This document shows, piece after piece, positions 25,238 through 33,600 of a DNA stretch of 34,423 bases. Within the stretch, counting starts at the first letter, position 1, and the number at the start of each line of letters is the position of its first letter. Below the pieces are notes generated by a model. That model saw only the letters and a program-made list of their open reading frames with translations, did no database searches and was not told where the DNA came from. The position numbers were made by a program, and so were the translations under genes. This stretch comes from an uncultured Anaerolinea sp. (GTDB taxonomy: Bacteria; Chloroflexota; Anaerolineae; Anaerolineales; Anaerolineaceae): NCBI GenBank assembly GCA_964606265.1, contig CAZSGL010000002.1, forward strand, positions 1 through 34,423, read 5' to 3'.

Positions 25238-26967
25238 TTAGCCCTACACCACCATCCAACGAAACCAAATTTTCCCGGTCAGAGGTATCACACCACTCGA
25301 TTGATGAATTAAAGACCATACTTCTGCAAAATTATCTTAGTGGATCGATCATTCTTGGGACAGTCGTATTTTTTATCAGCCTTTTCGTCTCAATTCAAAA
25401 GCAGGATTATGTAACCGCAATACTCGTGACAATAATTTTCCTGGTTTTATTCATCATCACGTTCGTTCGCAGCATCAATACAAATATCCGTACGGTGACA
25501 TTGGCTTTTCTTTATATTGCCACAGGCGTGTTGAGTATTCTGTCTTCCGGTATTAATTCCAACGCAATCTTGTACTTTTTCACTTCAATATTGTTATTGG
25601 GAATTATGTTGCGTGGTTTATGGTGGGTAGCCGGGTTGATATTTGAAGGAATTCTCATTTCAGTCATGGGATTGTTGATCCAATTTAATTTGATTCAATT
25701 GGATACAATTTTTCGCTCAGAGAATTCTATCGTCAACTGGTTCACAACGATCACAATGACTCTTTTCATGGCGTTTGTTGTTGTCTCTCCTCTTGCACAA
25801 TATATTTCTGCCTTGAGATCCCAAAAGACTAATTTGGAAGCAGAAAAAGAAGTCCAGGACTTCAACAACTCGCGCCTTAATGAAAGAATTTCCGCTTTAG
25901 AGACAGAAGTCGATAAAAGAAGATCGAAAATGCTCGCAGCCAGGCAGATTTCGCGAGAAATTACACAACAGAGTGGATTACAGGAAATGTTAAATGAGTC
26001 TGTTGATTTGGTGTGTACACAATTTGAATTCTATTATGCAGCCATATTCCTATCTGATGAAAGGAATGAGTTTGCTGTTTTACGAGCTGCCAGTGGCGAA
26101 TCAGGTAAACAACTTCTCTCACAAGGTCATAAATTGAGGATTAGAGAAGAGGGTATTGTTGGATACGTTGTTGCCCGCGGAGAAACCAGGTTAGCTCTTG
26201 ATGTTGGTGAAGATTCAGTTCATTTTAAGAACCCTCTTTTACCTGACACTAGATCTGAGATCGGAATTCCATTAAAAATCGGACCCAAAGTTATCGGAGC
26301 ATTGGATGTTCAATCAGATAAAGAGACTGCTTTTTCTGAGGAGGATATTGATATCCTGCAGTCAATTGCTGATCAACTTGCTTCGGCTATTGATAAGTCA
26401 ATCTATATCGGCGACTTAGAGTCTCAGGTAAAGGAACTTATTATTGGTTCTGGAGAATCCACACGTGGTGTGTGGCGGTCACATCTCTATGGTTCAAAGC
26501 GGAATCTTTCCTATATTTACCGGGACGATCAATTGACCAGCGCAGTAGCCACCCCATTATTGAGTGATTTTTCCGAGACAACTATAGAAGGATATGCTTC
26601 TGATACTGAGGAAGGTGAAACAAACTCACCAGTTACAGTTTATTCACTTCCAATTAAATTAAGGGATCAAGTTCTTGGGTTGATTAAAGTCCGGTATAGC
26701 GGCAAAAAAATGCCTGTTAGGATGGTCAACCTGGTAAATACAGCCACCAGTCGTCTTGCAATTGCTTTGGAAAACGCTCGATTACTTGAAAACATCCAGG
26801 AACGCGCAGAACGTGAACATACAGTGGGGGAAATTTCAACAAAGGTTCGCGCATCCCAAACCATTGAAGCAATTATGCAAACAGCAGTCTCCGAACTCGG
26901 AAAGACACTTGGCGTCAATGAGGTAAGTATCCAATTAAAAACAACTGACAACACTGATCAAGAATAG
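25234..26967 (+). CDS. Polytopic membrane protein (about 6 TM), coiled coil, GAF, half-GAF module, then a GAF stub; no output domain
   Basis: 577 aa. SD AAGGAGGTG is present and the start forms an ATGA overlap with the previous stop. The GAF is FEFYYAAIFLSDE...NPLLPDTRSEIGIPLKIGPKVIGALDVQS. The half-GAF module is LPIKLRDQVLGLIKV...ALENARLLEN. The stub is ...IMQTAVSELGKTLGVNEVSIQL. Confidence 0.88.
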   Translation: MISPTPPSNETKFSRSEVSHHSIDELKTILLQNYLSGSIILGTVVFFISLFVSIQKQDYVTAILVTIIFLVLFIITFVRSINTNIRTVTLAFLYIATGVLSILSSGINSNAILYFFTSILLLGIMLRGLWWVAGLIFEGILISVMGLLIQFNLIQLDTIFRSENSIVNWFTTITMTLFMAFVVVSPLAQYISALRSQKTNLEAEKEVQDFNNSRLNERISALETEVDKRRSKMLAARQISREITQQSGLQEMLNESVDLVCTQFEFYYAAIFLSDERNEFAVLRAASGESGKQLLSQGHKLRIREEGIVGYVVARGETRLALDVGEDSVHFKNPLLPDTRSEIGIPLKIGPKVIGALDVQSDKETAFSEEDIDILQSIADQLASAIDKSIYIGDLESQVKELIIGSGESTRGVWRSHLYGSKRNLSYIYRDDQLTSAVATPLLSDFSETTIEGYASDTEEGETNSPVTVYSLPIKLRDQVLGLIKVRYSGKKMPVRMVNLVNTATSRLAIALENARLLENIQERAEREHTVGEISTKVRASQTIEAIMQTAVSELGKTLGVNEVSIQLKTTDNTDQE

Positions 26968-26981
26968 TCAGTGGAGGAAAG

Positions 26982-29918
26982 ATGATAAATACTCAAAAAG
27001 AAGCGCTGAGCAATTCTCGACCGGATAGAAAACCGATTGCCATTAATCCAAGGTTGTTCATTCTAAGCCTTGTCATCCTTTCGGGAATTCTCTCGATTGC
27101 TTTCATTTTCATTTCAATCTATACAGGGATCTCATCCTTCTTCCTTCTCGCTGCAGGGTTCACGCTAACCACGCTTCTCGGTTTATTGGCTATAACCAAG
27201 TACTGGCTGGCTCAAGAGTCCGTAAAATTATTAATTTTTGCATTGTTATTTGAACTATCCATAATCCTATCATCAACGATATTACCGTCGTATTCAGGAT
27301 TTCCCTACTCGATAATTGCACTAACAACTGCATTTCTCATTACAACATCATTCGCCACATCAGCAAACACCGACTGGGTCATTTGGACAGGTCTCCTGGG
27401 GGCAATCGGCTCAATCTTGTTTAGTATTTTGGCTCCGTTGCCTCAAATAATTAACTCAAACATCCAACTTGCTGTGGTCATCCTGGCAGGTTTCTTCCTG
27501 ATGATTTTGGTTTTCTTACTCTTCTTTGGAAATCTTCGGATAAACCTGCGTGTTAAATTGATTTTAGGAGCGCTCGCTCTTTCTCTAATCCCTATTACAG
27601 CTCTCGCGTTGATCAATAACCAATACCTTATGACATCCATTCAGCAACAAGCTAACGATTCTCTTAACGTTGCGGCAGCTCAAACATCATCTGAAATTGA
27701 CGGTTTCTTACTTGAAAACCTCGAATCGGTGGCGAGTGAAGCCAGTTTACCGGCATTGGTCGATTATCTGGCTCTTGATCCTCAAGTTAGGCAAGGGTCA
27801 TCTGAGGAACAGGAGGTTTTGGTAACAATTCGTTCATTGCAGACAAAACAAAAGGTCTATCTTCCTTCTTATGCTATTCTAAATTTCGTCGGCGCGAATG
27901 TAATCGACACATCGGAAATAAACATTGGCACTTCCGAGAGGACGACTTCATACTTTAGGCAATCAGCGATAACCGGTGCTGCTTTTATTTCACCTGTTGA
28001 ATTTATCCCTGGAACGCGTGAAGCATACATCAATTTTATTTCGCCAATTGTGAATCCCTCGAGACAAGTGATTGGTTACTTGCGCATTCGGTACGATGCG
28101 CGAATACTGCAATCCCTAATTGAAGATAATGTTGGTTTGATTGGAACAAGGTCCTATCCAGTTTTGTTGGATGAAAATGGAATGCGACTTGCGGATGGAT
28201 CTGCGCCAAACCTGGTATTCAGAACGATTAGCCAATTACCGACTGAGACTTTCAATAATTTAACCAGGGCGAACCGAATTCCTTCTTACCTGCCCCAATC
28301 ACTTCTCCATAACGTGCAGGAAGATATCGCCCGAGTGGCACTAACTGACAGAACATCAGATTACTTTACGACATCAACTTCAGCGGGTGGAACCACGCTC
28401 TCGCAGTTAGGAATCATCAAGACTCTCCAGTATCAATCCTGGAACGTTGTGTACTTACAAGACCAATCCTCATTGTTAGTGGCTATTATTAATCAGAACC
28501 GCCTGTCTGCAATTATCTCGACACTGATCGCAGCCCTTGTTGCTGTTTTTATTACAATCGTTGCTAATTCATTTTCAAGACCAATTATTCAATTGACAAA
28601 CGCGGCTGAAAAAATCTCTAAAGGTGATTTAGATGTACAGGCACCTGTTACATCAAAAGATGAGATTGGTTTATTGAGTACCTCTTTCAATTCGATGACA
28701 CGCCAGTTAAAGGAATTCATTGATACACTGGAAAACCGCGTTCGCGAACGTACTCAACAGCTGGCTCAACAGTACGAAACACTCCAATTTCGTTCGAGAC
28801 AGCTTCAAACCGTTTCTGATGTAGCCCGTGGCGTTGTTTCTTCTCGTGAAATTGAGTCCCTTCTGAATTCAGTTACGACATTAATTAGTGAGCGTTTCAA
28901 TTTCTACCATGTAGGTATTTTCCTGGTAGATGAAAAAAATGAAAATGCAATTTTGCGCGCAGCTAACTCCGTTGGTGGTAGGAAAATGTTAGCCCGTCAA
29001 CATAAGCTACAAGTTGGTCAAACCGGTATTGTCGGTTTTGTTACCGGAACTGGTTCACCTCGTATTGCTACTGATGTTGGTCAGGATGCAGTATTCTTTA
29101 ACAATCCGGATTTACCCGATACAAAATCTGAAATGGCACTCCCATTAAAAGTTGGCGATAGAACAATCGGCGCATTGGACGTTCAATCCGTTGAATCCAA
29201 TGCCTTTTCCAGCGAGGATATCGAACTCTTCTCAACACTGGCGGACCAGGTGGCGATCGCGATTAACAACAACCAGTTGTTCGAGGATACTGCCAAAGCC
29301 CTAGCGGAATCAGAGAGAGTCCACAGGCAATACCTCAACCAGGAATGGACAAGGCAATCGACTGAAGCTACTGCAAACAGTTACAAATACACACCAGATG
29401 GCTTAGTTCCATTTACTGAAGATCTTCCAGAAGTAAGAATGGTGTTGGAATCCGCAAGACCAGTATTCAAATCTCAAAAAGGCAATGAGAGTGAAAGTCA
29501 ATACAGCTCTTCATTGACAGTACCTATCCTGCTGCGTGGTGAGTCTATTGGCGTAATCCACCTGCAGGAAACAGATGACAAACCATTTACCTGGAGTCAG
29601 AACGATCTTCTCACTGTCCAAGAAGTAGCCAATCAAGTTTCACAATCTCTTGAAAATGCCCGATTATTCGAAGATACGATTCGCCGTGCTGATCGTGAGA
29701 GAAAAGTGCTTGAAATTACCAGTAAGATCAGGTCCACAAATGATCCTCAGCAGATGCTTCAGATTACTTTGGAAGAACTTAAAAAGAATCTTGGCGCAAG
29801 CAAAGCTCAAATAGTGTTTAATGTTGGTGAAATCCATGAAAATCAATCCCATTTAGACCAGCAAGATGATCCAGAAGAAACACATACTATTAATGAATCT
29901 GGAACTACCGAGGCGTAA
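26982..29918 (+). CDS. Polytopic membrane protein: Cache-like ectodomain, TM, HAMP, GAF, half-GAF module, then a GAF stub; no output domain
   Basis: 978 aa. SD GGAGG is present. The HAMP is SRPIIQLTNAAEKISKGDLDV...DEIGLLSTSFNSMTRQLKEF. The GAF is FNFYHVGIFLVDE...NPDLPDTKSEMALPLKVGDRTIGALDVQS. The half-GAF module is VPILLRGESIGVIHLQE...SLENARLFED. The stub is ...MLQITLEELKKNLGASKAQIVF. Confidence 0.9.
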   Translation: MINTQKEALSNSRPDRKPIAINPRLFILSLVILSGILSIAFIFISIYTGISSFFLLAAGFTLTTLLGLLAITKYWLAQESVKLLIFALLFELSIILSSTILPSYSGFPYSIIALTTAFLITTSFATSANTDWVIWTGLLGAIGSILFSILAPLPQIINSNIQLAVVILAGFFLMILVFLLFFGNLRINLRVKLILGALALSLIPITALALINNQYLMTSIQQQANDSLNVAAAQTSSEIDGFLLENLESVASEASLPALVDYLALDPQVRQGSSEEQEVLVTIRSLQTKQKVYLPSYAILNFVGANVIDTSEINIGTSERTTSYFRQSAITGAAFISPVEFIPGTREAYINFISPIVNPSRQVIGYLRIRYDARILQSLIEDNVGLIGTRSYPVLLDENGMRLADGSAPNLVFRTISQLPTETFNNLTRANRIPSYLPQSLLHNVQEDIARVALTDRTSDYFTTSTSAGGTTLSQLGIIKTLQYQSWNVVYLQDQSSLLVAIINQNRLSAIISTLIAALVAVFITIVANSFSRPIIQLTNAAEKISKGDLDVQAPVTSKDEIGLLSTSFNSMTRQLKEFIDTLENRVRERTQQLAQQYETLQFRSRQLQTVSDVARGVVSSREIESLLNSVTTLISERFNFYHVGIFLVDEKNENAILRAANSVGGRKMLARQHKLQVGQTGIVGFVTGTGSPRIATDVGQDAVFFNNPDLPDTKSEMALPLKVGDRTIGALDVQSVESNAFSSEDIELFSTLADQVAIAINNNQLFEDTAKALAESERVHRQYLNQEWTRQSTEATANSYKYTPDGLVPFTEDLPEVRMVLESARPVFKSQKGNESESQYSSSLTVPILLRGESIGVIHLQETDDKPFTWSQNDLLTVQEVANQVSQSLENARLFEDTIRRADRERKVLEITSKIRSTNDPQQMLQITLEELKKNLGASKAQIVFNVGEIHENQSHLDQQDDPEETHTINESGTTEA

Positions 29919-30682
29919 TGACCTATATTATTTCTATTGCGAACGAAAAAGGTGGCGTGGCAAAAACCACTACCACACTATCCCTTGGTGGTGCATTTGC
30001 TGAAATGGGTAAGCGTGTATTACTAGTGGATTTGGATCCACAATCAAACCTATCGCTATCTTTGGGAATTGAACCTGAGCAAAAGGTCTCCTCTATCATC
30101 AACCTCATTCTTGATAATGGAAATGTCCTGGATTGCGTTAAACCAACCAGGGTTGAGAACCTTTCCTTGCTCCCTTCAAACGCCGATATCAGGATGGCTG
30201 AACGAGTATTGCCAACAAAATCTGATTATCACTTGCTTTTACGAAACCTTTTGGCACCGTTAAGTGATCAATATGATTTTATCCTGATGGATTGTCCGCC
30301 GTTTTTAGGCGCGATCACATTAAATGCCCTCATTGCGGCGAATATACTTATCATCCCAACACAAGCTGAGTATTATTCCGTATTTGCCTTGCGAAATATG
30401 ATGGCCCTCATACGCCAAGTCAGAAGTTTGGGAAATCCCAATCTTCGTTATCGGCTGTTACTGACCATGTTTGATAAACGCAACGGTATCCATCGCAGCC
30501 TTGCAGAACATCTTCGAAATTCATTTTCAAGTGGTGTTCTTGATACTGTGATCGAAATTGATACGCGCTTAAGGGAGAGCCCCCTTGTTGGGCTTCCGGT
30601 AGTCTTCCACGCAACCAAGAGTCGATCTGCACTTCAATATCGGTTCCTGGCACAGGAGATCCTGAATTATGTCAAAAAATGA
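29918..30682 (+). CDS. ParA/MinD-family P-loop ATPase
   Basis: 254 aa. The deviant Walker A is NEKGGVAKTTTT, followed by VLLVDLDPQSN and Walker B FILMDCPPF. The start overlaps the previous stop (TAATG). Its last 14 nt overlap the next gene's start. Confidence 0.93.
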   Translation: MTYIISIANEKGGVAKTTTTLSLGGAFAEMGKRVLLVDLDPQSNLSLSLGIEPEQKVSSIINLILDNGNVLDCVKPTRVENLSLLPSNADIRMAERVLPTKSDYHLLLRNLLAPLSDQYDFILMDCPPFLGAITLNALIAANILIIPTQAEYYSVFALRNMMALIRQVRSLGNPNLRYRLLLTMFDKRNGIHRSLAEHLRNSFSSGVLDTVIEIDTRLRESPLVGLPVVFHATKSRSALQYRFLAQEILNYVKK

Positions 30683-33600
30683 AATTAACAACCGAATCAA
30701 TAAATTGTTTACTGGCATCCAAGACGGTGATGAATCAATTATTTCCGCATTGAGTGTTCAGAAATCAGATCAATTTTCATGGGAAAGTGATGCCAATGGA
30801 TTGTACACTCAGTGCAGTCAGGAGGTTACTCAAGTCCTTGGGTATTTACCGGAAGAAGTTATTGGTAATCCATTACTTTCCATAGGATTATCTTTTTCTG
30901 AGCAAAGCAAATTACGCAACGCATTGCAATCTGAATTGTTTCCCTGTGATGTTGAGCTTGTATTTCAAACAAAAAATGGACAATTTGTTACAACCCGATG
31001 TAATCTTTTTCAAAAGAGTAATTCAGAAGGAAAGCTTATTGGGTACCAGGGGATAGTTCTTCAACTTGATACTCAAATTGAGCATCTAGTTACCCCCGAT
31101 ATTCCTACCAGAGAATTAAATACCAATGATGCAGAAACTTCAGATGCAGATCCAGTAGATTCACATTTGTCTCTGCTCTCTGCAGGGATCCAAACGGGAA
31201 AATTACCTGAAATTGATGACAGTGTTACATATTCTCCAGAACCAATTTCGCCATCTGTTAAACCAACAAAAAAACGCCGTGAAGTAAAACCTAAAGAAAT
31301 CACACACCCACAAAAGTCCTCTTCTCAGTCCAGGGTAATTCAGACAGCGCCTCTCCCACCCATTTTTTCCGCGATTCCTCCTACTCCCATTGTGGATATT
31401 CCCTCGCTCGCTGATTCATTTACCGGTATTACCCTGCAGGAAAATGATTTTAAATCTGCGGAATCAACCTGGTCAAAACAAGCTGAATCTAGCCTGGTCC
31501 ACAATGAAACAATCTCTCAAAACGGAGATATTAATAATCCAGCGGTTATTGTTACACCTTTAAAATTACGTGACCGCCAAACAGCAGTAATCGAAGTATT
31601 AGATAGCGCTCCAGAGAGAAAGTGGACGCAAGCCGATCGCCTTCTAGTGCAAGAAATATCAACACAATTAGGTCTTGCTTTGGAAAATGCTCAACTTTAT
31701 TCAACAATTCAAAAAGAGTTGCGTGAAAGAGTAAAGGCTGAAGAAGAAACATTGAGACGTAATAGAGATCTTGCCACGTTGAACCAGATCGGTCAACGCT
31801 TAAGTCGCCTTGTTGGGCAGGAAGAGATCTTTGAAATAATCACAAGTATGTCTCAAGATATTTTAAACCAGAACAATATACTCGTATCAATATTTGATCC
31901 TGAGAAGAAACAACTTGCGTTTCCGGTTTGCCTTGTTGATGGAGAGAAACAGACCATTATTCCACGTAAATTATTGAATGGTTATCAGGAAACAATTCTG
32001 AAAAATAAAACTTCATTATTGGTTAACTCCGACCTTGTCCAGGTAATCTCTGAACCAACCTTTGATCACCCCAGGAACAAACCTCTTTCCCTTCTCGCCG
32101 TTCCATTATTGACAGCAGATAAAGCTATTGGCATCATCTCAGTTTACGATTTTGATAAGGAAAATGCGTTTTCCCAGGTACAAGCAGAATTACTTTCAAC
32201 CATCGCTTCTCAGGCAGCTACCGCTCTTGAGAATACCAACCTCTTCACAGAAATCCGCGATGCTCTCGCAATTATTGAAGTGAGGGAACTTTACCAATCT
32301 AATGTTACCAATGCTGTAGCTCGATTAAGCGAAAAAGGCTCGTCAGAAACTGATTTTCTACTCGAATCACTCTCCAAAGCCTCTTCCAGTGAACGTGTTT
32401 TTTACGCTCAGTCCGATGACGATCCAAAAATTGGAAAAGCCTGGTTCCCCAGGTCAATATATTGCCAACCGGGTTTTGAATTAAACATTAACCCCATGCC
32501 ATTTGAGAATTTTCCTAATTGGGTCGAGATGCTTGAAAACAAACCTTGGTTCAGCTATACGCAAAGCAATTGTCCTGAGCCAGAAAAACAATTCTTAATT
32601 GATAACGCGATTCAATCAGTACTAATGTTTTCAATCCGACTGGAAGATCAACCAGTAGGATGCATCGGTCTTTTGAATATTGCTTCTCCGATGGAGTGGA
32701 AATCTGAGCAAATTGACATTCTTACAATTGCTACAGATTCATTCAACAATACCCTTATCCGGGAAAGCTTGTTGAACAGGGTACAAGGTTCTTTGTCAGA
32801 AACCGAGAGTTTGTATTCTGCCTCCCACCAATTGGCATTAGCGGATGATATGCAAAAGATGCTTGAAGCTGTTATTGAAGGCACCAACGTCCAGGCGATC
32901 AACCGTGGTGTTCTGGTATTGTTTGATTATGATCCTAACAATCAAATCAGCCGGATGGCTGTTGAAGCCAACTATTACTCGGGCATTGGGACTCCTCCTC
33001 CAGTTCGGGGAACAGAATACCTGGTTTCACTGTATAAATCAATATTTATAACACAAAACCCGGTATTTTATGATGATCTATTAGAGATCCAACTGGAAAA
33101 ATCACTTCAAGACATCTTAACACGGCAAAATATACGGTCTATGGCTGTATTACCCCTCTGGTCCGCCAACAAGCAACTAGGTGTAATGCTTTTACAAACT
33201 CCACAAAAGCATACATTTTCACCTCAAGAGTTGAGAACCTATCCTCCCCTCTCAGACCAATTGTCAACCTCCATTCAAAACCTCCGCTTGTTCGAGGAAA
33301 CACAGGAAGCGTTGTCGGAGACCGAATTGCTTTATAAAATATCGAGTGGTATTGCGAAATCACATACTATGGAAGAACTTGTTCGGCTTGTCGGAGAAAA
33401 CGTTCTGCCCCAAAATGCTGACACGTTATGGTTATGCACGAGCACCTATAATACCCAGTCTAAATCGAATGACATTGAAGTGATAGGTTCATATTCATCA
33501 ACAGGTCAGTATTCAGTTTCCGGAATTAAATTGGATCCGGGAGTATTGTCCTTTATTGACTTTTCAAAAGCTGAACCGGAAGTCTTTTCAGATATTTCCA

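Noticed and set aside
19258-29918. The idea that the four output-less GAF proteins are fragments (pseudogenes) of a decayed giant kinase.
   Set aside because: Each has its own SD and start codon and its own N-terminal membrane-anchoring region. All four have intact long reading frames and the same conserved C-terminal stub. This pattern fits maintained separate genes, not frameshift debris.
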